In this document: piece by piece, positions 1 through 9,853 of the stretch
How positions within the stretch are numbered: the stretch's first letter is position 1
Layout of the letters: every line of letters starts with the position of its first letter
Source of the DNA: an uncultured Weeksellaceae bacterium
GTDB lineage: Bacteria; Bacteroidota; Bacteroidia; Flavobacteriales; BACL11
Assembly (NCBI GenBank): GCA_964397025.1
Contig: CAYNGO010000001.1
Coordinates: forward strand, 38,038 to 102,037
Length of the DNA stretch: 64,000 nucleotides
Reading direction: 5' to 3'
Made by a program: the position numbers and the translations under genes
The notes under the pieces: model-generated
What the model was told of the DNA's origin: nothing
The model's database searches: none
The model's input: the letters and a program-made list of their open reading frames with translations, nothing else

Positions 1-20
1 AAAAAAAATGCTCTTGTAAA

Positions 21-437
21 ATGAATACTTCAATAAGCAAAATAGAACAAGAAATTATAGAAGAATTTAAGTTATTTGATAATTGGATTGATAAATATGA
101 CTATCTAATTGATCTTGGCAAATCATTACCAAAAATTGATGAATCAGAAAAAACATTAGAAAATATCATCACTGGGTGTCAGTCACAAGTATGGTTAAAT
201 GCAAAAAAAAAAGATAATAATATTGTATTTACTGCAGATAGTGACGCTATAATGACCAAGGGCATTATTGCTATTTTAATTAGAGTGCTTTCTCATCAAA
301 AGCCAAATGATATAATTAATGCTAAGTTAGATTTTATTAAAAAAATTGGCCTTAATGAGCAGCTTTCGCAGACAAGAGCAAATGGACTTACATCAATGAT
401 TAAAAAAATAAAAATATACGCTCTAGCACTAAAATAA
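21..437 (+). CDS. sufE: SufE-like sulfur acceptor protein (Fe-S cluster assembly)
   Basis: 138 aa. SufE-type pattern with conserved Cys in ITGCQSQVWL. Followed directly by other Fe-S assembly-associated genes. Confidence 0.8.
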   Translation: MNTSISKIEQEIIEEFKLFDNWIDKYDYLIDLGKSLPKIDESEKTLENIITGCQSQVWLNAKKKDNNIVFTADSDAIMTKGIIAILIRVLSHQKPNDIINAKLDFIKKIGLNEQLSQTRANGLTSMIKKIKIYALALK

Positions 438-442
438 CGCTT

Positions 443-766
443 ATGATATCAAATACAGAAATAGAAGAGCTTGGAGAAGAAATTGTAAAGGTTATATGCA
501 CAATATATGACCCTGAAATTCCTGTAAATATTTATGAACTAGGGTTAATATATGATGTTGAGGTTAGCGATATAGGTGATGTGCGCATTGAAATGACACT
601 AACATCTCCAAATTGCCCTGTTGCTGAAAGTCTTCCCGCCGAAGTTGAAGAAAAAGTTAAGGCTATTAATAAAATTAATGATGCCAAAGTAAATATTGTA
701 TTTGAGCCACCTTGGACAAAAGAGATGATGAGTGATGAGGCTAAATTAGAGCTTGGAATGTTATAA
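443..766 (+). CDS. DUF59/SufT-like Fe-S assembly protein
   Basis: 107 aa. DUF59 hallmark TLTSPNCPVAESL. Lies 5 nt after sufE. Confidence 0.75.
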   Translation: MISNTEIEELGEEIVKVICTIYDPEIPVNIYELGLIYDVEVSDIGDVRIEMTLTSPNCPVAESLPAEVEEKVKAINKINDAKVNIVFEPPWTKEMMSDEAKLELGML

Positions 767-1269
767 TGAATAATGAAATTATAAATAAAATTGCTAAAAG
801 TGGAATTATAAATCTTGATTTAGAAGACTATGCCCCTAAAGGTATAATAACTGAACTTGACATTAAAGATTTCTTGTTTGAGGGCTTAATTCTTAAAGAG
901 AAATACTTTCGAGAATCACTTAAAGATCATAATTGGTCCAAGTATAGGGGCGATGTTTTAGCCTTATTTTGCTCTTCAAATAGTATAATTCCAATGTGGG
1001 CATATATGCTAGTTACAAGCTATTTAGAAAAAAACAACTTAATAAACTTTTATGGAAATAAAGAGCAGGTTTTTAATCTGCTTTTTATAGAGATTATAGA
1101 AGAACTAGATATTCACGAGTTTAAAGATAAAAGAGTAATCATTAAAGGTTGCGGGAACTTAAAAATCCATGAAAAAATATATGTCGCAATCACAAAAAAA
1201 ATGCAACCAGCTGTTAAATCACTAATGTTTGGGGAGGCATGCTCCTCAGTACCAATTCACAAAAAATAA
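766..1269 (+). CDS. DUF2480-like protein (unknown function, suf-associated in Bacteroidota)
   Basis: 167 aa. Its start overlaps the upstream stop (TAATG). The family call is from recollection of gene order and sequence in Flavobacteriia and was not searched. Confidence 0.5.
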   Translation: MNNEIINKIAKSGIINLDLEDYAPKGIITELDIKDFLFEGLILKEKYFRESLKDHNWSKYRGDVLALFCSSNSIIPMWAYMLVTSYLEKNNLINFYGNKEQVFNLLFIEIIEELDIHEFKDKRVIIKGCGNLKIHEKIYVAITKKMQPAVKSLMFGEACSSVPIHKK

Positions 1270-2013
1270 ATGAACGCAAGAATAAATACAATTAACAACA
1301 ATATATCTAAATATAGAAATAATATTGTTGAGCACCCGCTTTATAAATCACTAAACTCATTAAAGCATATTGGTGTTATGATGGAGTATCACGCATATGC
1401 AGTCTGGGACTTTATGTCACTTTTAAAAGCTATGCAAGATCAATTAACCTGCACTAAAGCACCTTGGAAGCCTATTGGAGATAATAAAATAAGAAGACTA
1501 GTAAACTCTATAGTTTTAGAGGAAGAGAGTGATCTTGATGAGCAGGGTAACCCCTCTTCGCATTTTGAAATGTACTTAGGTGCTATGGAAGAATGTGGGG
1601 CAAGTACAGAAAAAATTAAGGATTTTGTAAATAGTATTGATGATAAATTGGTTAGTAGTGGAAATCAAGATATTGATAGCTTTTTACAGACAACATTTTC
1701 AATTATCGACACAAATGAGATTCACAAAATTGCTGCAGCATTTACATTTGGTAGAGAAGACTTAATTCCTGATATGTTTACAGCAATTGTAGAGGACTTA
1801 AATTCTGAAAACACATTAAGTAAATTTATATACTATTTAGAGAGACACATTGAGCTAGATGGTGGTGAGCATGGGCCTTTGGCCTTTCAATTAATTTCTG
1901 ATTTATGTGGTCAAGACGATAAAAAATGGAGGGAAGTAGAAGAAACTGCTATTGTTTGTTTAATTGCGCGCGAAAAATTATGGGATGCAATTTTTAATAA
2001 AATTTCAAAATAA
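1270..2013 (+). CDS. DUF3050-like (heme-oxygenase-like fold) protein
   Basis: 247 aa. Motif block HPLYKSL...HAYAVWDFMSLLKAMQDQLTCTKAPWKP is typical of DUF3050. The start abuts the upstream stop (TAAATG). Confidence 0.55.
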   Translation: MNARINTINNNISKYRNNIVEHPLYKSLNSLKHIGVMMEYHAYAVWDFMSLLKAMQDQLTCTKAPWKPIGDNKIRRLVNSIVLEEESDLDEQGNPSSHFEMYLGAMEECGASTEKIKDFVNSIDDKLVSSGNQDIDSFLQTTFSIIDTNEIHKIAAAFTFGREDLIPDMFTAIVEDLNSENTLSKFIYYLERHIELDGGEHGPLAFQLISDLCGQDDKKWREVEETAIVCLIAREKLWDAIFNKISK

Positions 2014-2040
2014 AAGATAGCGCTGTTTAAACTATTTTAT

Positions 2041-2781
2041 TTAATCTTTTTGCTTAAACGTTTTGATAGAGTTTTGAACTGATTGGTTAATTTGATTTAA
2101 CTCCGCAGCTGTAAAATCTCTGTATTCTCCTACAGGAATATCTAATTTTATATTCATTATCCTAACTCTTTTAAGTGCAACAACTCTATAATCAAAATAC
2201 TCACACATCCTTCTAATTTGTCTGTTTAATCCTTGGGTTAAAATAATTTTAAATGTTTTTTTACCCGTCTGCTTAACAAAGCATTTTTGAGTAACTGTTT
2301 CTAAAACAGGAACCCCTTCCCCCATTTCTTTAATAAACTCTTTTGTTATAGGTTTACTTACCTCAACGTGATATTCTTTTTCATGATGGTTATTAGCTCG
2401 TAAAATCTTATTTACAATATCCCCATCATTAGTTAAAAAAATTAATCCCTCAGATGGTTTATCTAATCTTCCAATTGGAAAAATCCTACTTGGGTAATTA
2501 ATGTAGTCTATAATATTGTTTTTTTCTCTTTTTTGGTCAGTTGTACAAACTATCCCAATAGGTTTATTAAATGCTATATATACATTTTTCTTTTTACCAA
2601 TCTGAACTTTTTTACCATTAACCTCTATTGTTTCATCGCCTATGATTTTCTGTCCCATGACAGCGATTTTACCATTAATTTTTATTCTGGCTTGTTCTAT
2701 TAAAACATCAGCTTTTCTTCTTGAACAATACCCAACCTCACTTAAGAATTTATTAATTCTTATTTTTAATTCCTCTGTCAT
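2041..2781 (-). CDS. RsuA/RluF-family rRNA pseudouridine synthase
   Basis: 246 aa. N-terminal S4 domain (RINKFLSEVGYCSRRKADVLI) and catalytic-Asp motif FPIGRLDKPSEGL. Confidence 0.85.
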   Translation of the reverse strand: MTEELKIRINKFLSEVGYCSRRKADVLIEQARIKINGKIAVMGQKIIGDETIEVNGKKVQIGKKKNVYIAFNKPIGIVCTTDQKREKNNIIDYINYPSRIFPIGRLDKPSEGLIFLTNDGDIVNKILRANNHHEKEYHVEVSKPITKEFIKEMGEGVPVLETVTQKCFVKQTGKKTFKIILTQGLNRQIRRMCEYFDYRVVALKRVRIMNIKLDIPVGEYRDFTAAELNQINQSVQNSIKTFKQKD

Positions 2782-2788
2782 ATCTTAA

Positions 2789-2796
2789 CAAAAATA
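2789..2796 (-). promoter_or_regulatory. Bacteroidota -7 box (TATTTTTG on minus strand) for the pseudouridine synthase gene
   Basis: The plus strand reads CAAAAATA, 8 nt upstream of the ATG at 2781. This implies a leaderless or very short 5' UTR. Confidence 0.45.
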
Positions 2797-2844
2797 CATT
2801 AAAGTTTAATTAAATGGATTTAAAATCTACTGATTAATTTAACT

Positions 2845-2852
2845 TATCTTTG
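2845..2852 (+). promoter_or_regulatory. Bacteroidota -7 box TATCTTTG for the S46 peptidase gene
   Basis: Exact TAnnTTTG match ending 1 nt before ATG 2854. This argues that ATG 2881 is the real start. Confidence 0.45.
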
Positions 2853-2880
2853 TATGAAAATCTATTTAAAAAAACTTTCT

Positions 2881-5301
2881 ATGTTAAAGAAAATTATATT
2901 CATATTATTATCAATTTTCCTCTCAAAACCTTTGATAGCGGATGAAGGTATGTGGCTTCCTCAATTATTAAAATTAGTTAATGAGGAGGATATGCAATCT
3001 AAAGGCTTGAAAATTACAGCAGAGGACATCTATAGTATAAATCAATCTTCACTAAAAGATGCTGTAGTAGCCTTAAATTGGGGAAGCTGTACAGCTGAAA
3101 TGATATCATCTGAAGGTTTAATGCTTACAAATCATCACTGTGCTCTAGATGTTATTCAAACTCATTCAAATGTTCAAAATGATTATCTTAATGATGGCTT
3201 TTGGGCTATGAGTAATACTGAAGAATTAAAAAATGATAATTTAAGCGCTACATTTTTGATAAGTATTGAGGATGTAACAAATCGAATAAATAAGGAGATC
3301 AGCAATAGCATGACTGAGGCAGAAAGATCAAAAAAAATCTCTGAAATTTCTAAATCTATTGTTAAAGAATATACAGATTCTACAACTTATACAGCTAGGG
3401 TAAAGTCTTTTTTTGGAGGAAATGATTTTTATCTTTTAATTTTTGAAACATTTAGTGATGTTCGATTAGTAGGCGCGCCTCCTTCATCTATCGGTAAATT
3501 TGGTGGAGATACTGATAATTGGATGTGGCCACGTCATACTGGAGATTTTTCTTTGTTAAGAGTTTATATGGCTCCAGATGGCTCTCCAGCTAAATACTCA
3601 ATTGACAATATCCCATATAAACCTAAACACCATCTTCCAATACAATTAGATGGAGTGGAAAATGAAGACTACACAATGATAATGGGATACCCTGGCAGAA
3701 CAAAAAGATACTTAACTTCATTTGGTGTTAAAGAAGCCTTAGATATTACCAATCCAACAATAGTTGATATAAGATCTGAAAAGCTAGCAATCATGAAGGC
3801 TGGTATGGATGATGATAAAAAAATTAAAATTCAATATGCTTCAAAATATGCTAGCACTTCTAATTACTGGAAATATTTTATTGGTCAATCTAAAGGATTA
3901 AAAAGCATGGGGGTCTATAAAAAAAAATCAGTAATTGAAGATCGGTTTAGGTATTGGGTAGAAAAAAGTGACTCATCAACTAAAGCAAAATACTCTAATG
4001 TTTTAGGCAATATAGAGAATGCCTACTCTGATAATAAAAGAATCGCCTTAAATAGAACGTATCTTACTGAAGCTATATTTCAAGGATCCGAAATAATGTC
4101 TTTTTCTTATACTATGAAAAATAGAATAAATGCGCTTCCCAAGGATAAAAAAGAAAGACTTATTGCCCTAAGAAAGCTTAAAAAAATTGCCAAAGATTTT
4201 TATAAAGATTATAATCCCCAGGTCGATCAAGAGCTTTTTTCATCTATGCTTGAAATGTATTATTATAATGTCCCTAAATCACAACATGCACCAATTTTTA
4301 AAAAAATAGAAAATCAACTTTTTGGTTTTAAAAAATTAGATTTTGATTATTATGCAAAAAATGTTTTTAGAAGATCTTATTTTTCTAGTAAAGAACGTTG
4401 TTCAGATTTTTTAAAAAATCCAAATAAAATACTTGTAAATAAAGACCCCGCATATCTAACGATGAATTCTATATATAGCAAGTATCTTAAAGATTTATAC
4501 CCTCAAAGAAAAGAAATAAGAGATATAATGAAAAAAGAAAATAGATTGTTTATGGCAGGTCTTAGAGAAATGGATTCTACAAAAAACTTCTATCCTGATG
4601 CTAACTCAACAATGCGAGTAACCTATGGGAATGTTGGAGACTATAATCCCGGCGAAGCAATGTTATATGACTACTTTACAACGATTGAAGGTGTAATGCA
4701 AAAAGAAGATCCAACAAATGAAGAATTTGTTGTTCATCCAAAATTAAAAGAACTTTATGAAACTGGGGACTATGGTCAGTATGCGGATAAAAACGGAAAT
4801 CTTAGGGTTAATTTTATATCCAACAATGATATTACGGGTGGTAATTCAGGCTCTCCGGTGATTAACGCTTGGGGAGAAATTGTAGGAACAGCATTTGATG
4901 GGAACTGGGAGGCTATGAGTGGTGATATTGCTTTTGAAAGTAAAATCCAAAGAACCATTTCTGTTGATATTAGATATATCATGTTCATTATTGATAAGTT
5001 CGCAAACGCTTCTTACTTGATTGAAGAGATGACTATTGCGCCAAGAAGAAAAGTAAAAGATAATGAGAAATTAGTTGACACAATTGAAAGCCAAGCAAAA
5101 AAAGAAATGGATCAAGCTGTTAATGACCCAAATACTATTGTGAAAAAATTAGAACTTAGAGAGTTTTCTGGATCTATGATTCCTGTATTAGATGTGCAAT
5201 CATTTGACACTGCTTTTGAATTAGCGTTAAATCAATATGGGTCTAGTAAAGAACAAAAGTTCTGGTGGAAAAATAATGTATATACAACAGAGAGGAAATA
5301 G
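2881..5301 (+). CDS. S46-family dipeptidyl-peptidase (DPP7/DPP11-like), secreted, with an extra C-terminal region
   Basis: Signal peptide followed by ADEGMWLP. Catalytic His in MLTNHHC and Ser in GGNSGSPV. The ORF-track start at 2854 is probably too far upstream (see -7 box). Confidence 0.85.
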   Translation: MLKKIIFILLSIFLSKPLIADEGMWLPQLLKLVNEEDMQSKGLKITAEDIYSINQSSLKDAVVALNWGSCTAEMISSEGLMLTNHHCALDVIQTHSNVQNDYLNDGFWAMSNTEELKNDNLSATFLISIEDVTNRINKEISNSMTEAERSKKISEISKSIVKEYTDSTTYTARVKSFFGGNDFYLLIFETFSDVRLVGAPPSSIGKFGGDTDNWMWPRHTGDFSLLRVYMAPDGSPAKYSIDNIPYKPKHHLPIQLDGVENEDYTMIMGYPGRTKRYLTSFGVKEALDITNPTIVDIRSEKLAIMKAGMDDDKKIKIQYASKYASTSNYWKYFIGQSKGLKSMGVYKKKSVIEDRFRYWVEKSDSSTKAKYSNVLGNIENAYSDNKRIALNRTYLTEAIFQGSEIMSFSYTMKNRINALPKDKKERLIALRKLKKIAKDFYKDYNPQVDQELFSSMLEMYYYNVPKSQHAPIFKKIENQLFGFKKLDFDYYAKNVFRRSYFSSKERCSDFLKNPNKILVNKDPAYLTMNSIYSKYLKDLYPQRKEIRDIMKKENRLFMAGLREMDSTKNFYPDANSTMRVTYGNVGDYNPGEAMLYDYFTTIEGVMQKEDPTNEEFVVHPKLKELYETGDYGQYADKNGNLRVNFISNNDITGGNSGSPVINAWGEIVGTAFDGNWEAMSGDIAFESKIQRTISVDIRYIMFIIDKFANASYLIEEMTIAPRRKVKDNEKLVDTIESQAKKEMDQAVNDPNTIVKKLELREFSGSMIPVLDVQSFDTAFELALNQYGSSKEQKFWWKNNVYTTERK

Positions 5302-5322
5302 TTAGTATTATCTTGGAGTTTA

Positions 5323-7218
5323 CTAATAAGCCCTCTTATTATTACCCTCTACATAGTTAATAAATGCCTTGGTAACCACCTTGTTTCCCCCTGGAGTTGG
5401 GTAATTGCCGGAAAAATACCAATCGCCTGTATGATTTGGGCAGGCAATATGAAGATCTTCAATACCTTGGTAAATTATCTCAACCTCTGCCCTTGTATTT
5501 TTTGGTGTTAATATTTGGCTTATTTTTTTTGAAATCTGCTCAGCGGAAAAAAGATTATAAATACCTTTAACATGATTAACCATCTCTTCCTTTGGGAGAT
5601 TAATCTGATCCTTACATTTTTCATATACATTATCAATAACATCTTCTTGTCCGGTGTCTTTAAGTAATGAAATTGCTGCTTGAAAAGCAATAAAGTCTCC
5701 AAGTATAGCCATATCAATACCATAACAATCGGGGTAGCGTATTTGAGGTGCAGAAGAAACTACAATTATTTTTTTTGGACCAAGCCTATCTAGTATTCTT
5801 AATATTGATTGCTTAAGAGTTGTTCCTCGAACAATACTATCATCAATCATTACTAGGTTGTCCTCTGAATTCACTTTTCCATATGTAATATCGTACACAT
5901 GCGCTACAAGATCATCCCTATTAACATCAGAGGTGATAAAAGTTCTAAGCTTGGCATCTTTTACTGCTATTTTTTCTGCTCTTGGGCTTATCGACATAAT
6001 ACGCTCAATATCATTAATTAATGGATTTTTACCAAGTGCTAATATTTTTTCTGATTTTACTTTATTTAAATATGTATCTACTTCTTTCATCATTCCAAAA
6101 TAAGACACTTCTGCAGTATTAGGAATATATGAAAAAACAGTTTTTTCTATATCTCCATTTATAGATTCTAAAACCTTATAAAAAACCTGTTGACCTAATC
6201 TTATTCTTTCATTATAAATATCTTTATCATTTCCTCTAGAAAAATAAATTCTCTCAAAAGAACAGGCTGTTCTAATAAGCGGTTTTAAAACCTCTTTTTC
6301 TGATACTGTTCCATTTTTTTTAATAATTAAAGCATGTCCACGTTTTATTTCCTTAATCTTAGTGTCATCTAAATTGAATGTTGTTTGTATAACTGGACGC
6401 TCAGAAGCTACAACAACAACTTCATCATCACAATAATAATATGCAGGTCTAATTGCAGATGGATCTCTTAAAGCAAATGCATCACCATGACCTAAAAGTC
6501 CACACATCACATAGCCTCCATCCCAGTGTTTTGAAGAGTTAGATAAAATTTCTTGAATATTTAATTCCTCCTCAATTTTTAGAGAAATTTCTTTTTTAGT
6601 GTAGTCTTCCTTGTGTTTTTGATATATATTCACATTAGCTTCATCCAAAAAATGTCCTATCTTTTCAATAATTGTAATTGTGTCAGATTTCTCTTTTGGG
6701 TGTTGTCCTAAATCTGTTAAATGACCAAATAACTCATCAACATTAGTCATGTTAAAATTTCCTGCCAGTGCTAGATTTCTAGTTTTCCAATTATTCTGTC
6801 TTAAAAAAGGGTGGCACTGCTCAATACTATTTCCTCCATATGTTCCATAACGTAGGTGTCCTAAAAATAACTCGCCAGTAAAAGGCATATTATTTTTCAA
6901 CCATTGAATATTATTTAACTTGTCAGGATCACTGTCCTCTAAATCTACAAATCGCTTATTGATATTTTCAAAAAGATCTTGGATCGGATTCTCATTTGTA
7001 GATCTCTTTCTACTTATGTACCTCTTTCCAAGGGGAGTATCTAGCTTTACATTTGCTAAGCCAGCCCCATCTTGCCCTCTATTTCTTTGCTTCTCCATTA
7101 GGAGGTACATTTTTTTTAAACCATAAAAAGATGTGCCGTACTTCTCTTTATAAAATTCTAAGGGCTTAAGCAGTCTTAGCATAGCTACTCCACATTCGTG
7201 CTTTAGAGAATCACTCAT
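5323..7218 (-). CDS. purF: Amidophosphoribosyltransferase (long Bacteroidota type)
   Basis: 631 aa. N-terminal nucleophile Cys in HECGVAMLRL, a glutamine amidotransferase class II domain, and the PRTase motif MIDDSIVRGTT. Confidence 0.9.
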   Translation of the reverse strand: MSDSLKHECGVAMLRLLKPLEFYKEKYGTSFYGLKKMYLLMEKQRNRGQDGAGLANVKLDTPLGKRYISRKRSTNENPIQDLFENINKRFVDLEDSDPDKLNNIQWLKNNMPFTGELFLGHLRYGTYGGNSIEQCHPFLRQNNWKTRNLALAGNFNMTNVDELFGHLTDLGQHPKEKSDTITIIEKIGHFLDEANVNIYQKHKEDYTKKEISLKIEEELNIQEILSNSSKHWDGGYVMCGLLGHGDAFALRDPSAIRPAYYYCDDEVVVVASERPVIQTTFNLDDTKIKEIKRGHALIIKKNGTVSEKEVLKPLIRTACSFERIYFSRGNDKDIYNERIRLGQQVFYKVLESINGDIEKTVFSYIPNTAEVSYFGMMKEVDTYLNKVKSEKILALGKNPLINDIERIMSISPRAEKIAVKDAKLRTFITSDVNRDDLVAHVYDITYGKVNSEDNLVMIDDSIVRGTTLKQSILRILDRLGPKKIIVVSSAPQIRYPDCYGIDMAILGDFIAFQAAISLLKDTGQEDVIDNVYEKCKDQINLPKEEMVNHVKGIYNLFSAEQISKKISQILTPKNTRAEVEIIYQGIEDLHIACPNHTGDWYFSGNYPTPGGNKVVTKAFINYVEGNNKRAY

Positions 7219-7238
7219 ATTTTTTAAGTTTTGAGTTG

Positions 7239-7246
7239 CAAATTTA
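7239..7246 (-). promoter_or_regulatory. -7 box (TAAATTTG on minus strand) for purF
   Basis: The plus strand reads CAAATTTA, 21 nt upstream of ATG 7218 and just downstream of the glutaredoxin-like stop codon. Confidence 0.45.
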
Positions 7247-7250
7247 TCAA

Positions 7251-7484
7251 TTAATGTCTTATAATTTCAGATAACCTACTAATTCCTGGATTCGTGTAAA
7301 CTTTACCATCAATAATAAATGTAGGGATAATTCTTTTTCCATTATTAAGCTTTTGGACAATCTCTCCAGCATCTTCATTTTCAGTTATATCAATATACTC
7401 ATAATCAATATATTTTTCATCAAGAAAATTCTTAGCGCTTACGCAAGATGGGCACCATAAGGCGCTGTACATTTTTATTTTCAT
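7251..7484 (-). CDS. Glutaredoxin/NrdH-like small thiol-disulfide protein
   Basis: 77 aa with a WCPSC redox motif near the N-terminus and RIIPTFIIDGK typical of the Grx fold. Its ATG overlaps the upstream stop (ATGA). Confidence 0.7.
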   Translation of the reverse strand: MKIKMYSALWCPSCVSAKNFLDEKYIDYEYIDITENEDAGEIVQKLNNGKRIIPTFIIDGKVYTNPGISRLSEIIRH

Positions 7485-7759
7485 AAAGATTTAAAGATAT
7501 AAGTTTTGTTTTTTTGAATTATTGTACATAGTTGACAATGTGAAAGATATGTAAATGTATATTCTTCTTCTAAACTAAATCCTAACTTATCAATCTCAAA
7601 TAACCCAGAACACTCTAAAGCTCCTAATTTTGAAAAACGACTTATTTTAAACAGCGAAGATTCTTTAATAATACAAAACCAAGAGCCTGCGCCTATTCCT
7701 GCTAGCCATTGAGAATTACTAGGGATATTTTGAGGGGTTTCTATTGGTTTTAAAATCAT
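7481..7759 (-). CDS. Hypothetical 92-aa protein with a C-terminal CxxC (SHCQLCT)
   Basis: ORF with ATGA overlaps to both neighbours. I recognise no family. Four Cys in total. Confidence 0.5.
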   Translation of the reverse strand: MILKPIETPQNIPSNSQWLAGIGAGSWFCIIKESSLFKISRFSKLGALECSGLFEIDKLGFSLEEEYTFTYLSHCQLCTIIQKNKTYIFKSL

Positions 7760-8409
7760 GAACGCTCAATACTTTTAAAATATGATTCTAGAATATTGCG
7801 TTTTATTTTTTTTACTAAATTATCTCCTACTTTATAAAAAGTAGCATTTGCAATTCCCACGTTTCTTTTAGGAGAGGGGGAAATACAGAAAGGGAGCTTT
7901 AATCTTGTGTTTTTTATAAATGTTGGACTAGAGCTTCTCATTACCGAAGCTACAAATCTAGAACAATTTGTTCCGCTAGAAACAAAAGGCCCATAAAGCA
8001 CTAAACCATTATTTTGGATTTTTTTTGCATATTCATATGCTTTTTGAAATGAAACATCGTTTAATATAGAAGCGTAGAGGGTTCCCTCGCCATGAAAGGC
8101 TGTATTTTTTTTTATCTCAAATAAAATATCTTCTATGTTTACAATTTCTTTTGATTTAATCTCTGCAGTAATTTGAATACAGACATCATGATCTGTATCT
8201 TTATTTCTTACTCTTCCAAATCCTTTAGGAGTATGATATCTTCCAAAATCAAAATAATGTAATTCTCCAGTTAACCTTTCAACTAATACTGCTGCTGAAT
8301 GACCAACTCTATATTTACCATTTTTAGCAAAAAATCTATCATACCAAACATCTGTTTTGGCCACCATTCCCTCTGGCCAAGCCAAAGCTATTATAAAGTC
8401 ATTTTGCAT
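7756..8409 (-). CDS. Hypothetical protein with a His..His..Cys pattern resembling permuted papain-like (LRAT/NlpC-P60-like) thiol enzymes
   Basis: 217 aa. VGHSAAVLV (His37), GELHYFDF (His51) and GTNCSRFV (Cys149). The order and spacing resemble the H/H/NCEHFV layout of LRAT-like enzymes. This is inference only. Confidence 0.4.
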   Translation of the reverse strand: MQNDFIIALAWPEGMVAKTDVWYDRFFAKNGKYRVGHSAAVLVERLTGELHYFDFGRYHTPKGFGRVRNKDTDHDVCIQITAEIKSKEIVNIEDILFEIKKNTAFHGEGTLYASILNDVSFQKAYEYAKKIQNNGLVLYGPFVSSGTNCSRFVASVMRSSSPTFIKNTRLKLPFCISPSPKRNVGIANATFYKVGDNLVKKIKRNILESYFKSIERS

Positions 8410-8432
8410 AAAGCTAAAATAAACTCTTTTTT

Positions 8433-9827
8433 TTAATTACTTATTTTTTTTAGGTCTTGATCATATTGTTGACAAAACACCTCTAATGTTTTAAAAAACT
8501 CTAAAATTTCTGATTTTGAGTTTTCTCCATTTATTGTTACAAGTCTAATAAAACACTGCTTACGAAAGTATCCAAAACCTACCATAATTTTGTTTTTTTC
8601 ATAAAGCTTAGTACAAAGATCTATTGGATCATAATTCTTATAATTAAAGCAGATTGATAGAGATTTTTCAAAACTATATAAAGTATAATCTTTATTTATT
8701 ATCGTATAAGATCGGGCATAATCAGCAAGATCAAATTCGTGATTTATAATGTTACAGATTCCTTTAGTACCTATTGATTTCCACATAGTCCAAAACTTAA
8801 GAGCGTTATTTCTTCTCCCGCATTCGAAAGAATTATATCCTAAATTGTAATCAATATCGTGTGTTTGATATAAATAAGATGCGTCGTTTTTAAAAGAATT
8901 AGAAATCATTTTAGATTCTCTAACAACTAAAATTGATGTGCTTAAAGGGACTCCAAGAGTTTTATGAGCATTAAAACAAAAGGAATCAGATTTCTCAACC
9001 CCTTTAACAAGATCCTTGTATTTATCTGTGAAGATAACAGAGCCGCCAAAAGCACCGTCAACGTGCAACCATATACTATACTTTTTACATATCCTTGAGA
9101 TCTCATCTATATTGTCAAATGCACACAATACAGTAGTTCCAGCAGTTGCATTAATATAAAAAGGAATGCAATCATTTGTAATATCTTCTCGAATTTGATT
9201 TTCTAAGGAGATGGTGTCAAGCTGGCCAAAACTATTACATTTTATATATCTAACATTATTCTTTCCTAATCCACTAAAAGAGGCATTTTTTGCAACTGAA
9301 TAATGCGATTCTTCAGATGAGTAGGCGACAAATTTTTGTTTAAATCCTTTATTAATTATATCCTTACTTTTTTGATCTCTTGCGATGATTAATGACATAA
9401 AATTACTCATTGAGCCACCAGTAGGAAATGTTCCTCCTGCACTCTTGGGATACTTTATCAATTCGCAGACTTTAGATAATATTTCTTTTTCCACAGCAGC
9501 CTGAGGCCCCGATATTTTATATGTAGCCATAGAATTATTAAGCATAACTGCCAATAAATCTCCTAAAACCGCCTTACTATGACGACCCCCAAACAACTGA
9601 TTAAAAAACATCTTTGATGATGATTTTGGAGTGGATAAAACAAGTTTTTTTAAAGTCTGTTTAAACTCCGTCTGTATTGAAGGTTCGTCAGATAAAGAGA
9701 GGTCTATTTTATTATATAAATCTTTAATTTTAATACTTTTAGAAATAGGGGTTGTTTTTTCATCCTCTAGAAAATCATCAACTATTTCATTAAATAATTT
9801 TAAGTCCTCTTTAATATTATTAAGCAT
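8433..9827 (-). CDS. Group II pyridoxal-phosphate-dependent amino-acid decarboxylase
   Basis: 464 aa. PLP-lysine motif FCFNAHKTLGVPL, HVDGAFGG, and length typical of the Pyridoxal_deC family. The substrate cannot be read from the sequence. Confidence 0.8.
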   Translation of the reverse strand: MLNNIKEDLKLFNEIVDDFLEDEKTTPISKSIKIKDLYNKIDLSLSDEPSIQTEFKQTLKKLVLSTPKSSSKMFFNQLFGGRHSKAVLGDLLAVMLNNSMATYKISGPQAAVEKEILSKVCELIKYPKSAGGTFPTGGSMSNFMSLIIARDQKSKDIINKGFKQKFVAYSSEESHYSVAKNASFSGLGKNNVRYIKCNSFGQLDTISLENQIREDITNDCIPFYINATAGTTVLCAFDNIDEISRICKKYSIWLHVDGAFGGSVIFTDKYKDLVKGVEKSDSFCFNAHKTLGVPLSTSILVVRESKMISNSFKNDASYLYQTHDIDYNLGYNSFECGRRNNALKFWTMWKSIGTKGICNIINHEFDLADYARSYTIINKDYTLYSFEKSLSICFNYKNYDPIDLCTKLYEKNKIMVGFGYFRKQCFIRLVTINGENSKSEILEFFKTLEVFCQQYDQDLKKISN

Positions 9828-9853
9828 TAATATTTTATTAATTTAATTATCTA

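Noticed and set aside
4776-4988. 70-aa minus-strand ORF inside the S46 peptidase gene
   Set aside because: It is fully antisense to a well-supported gene, with no promoter box, signal or recognisable motif. This is typical of a chance ORF.
5520-7126. Three short ORFs (5520-5723 minus in another frame; 5858-6103 and 6920-7126 plus) overlapping purF
   Set aside because: purF is supported across its full length by conserved motifs. The overlapping ORFs are hydrophobic/low-complexity translations of the other frames.
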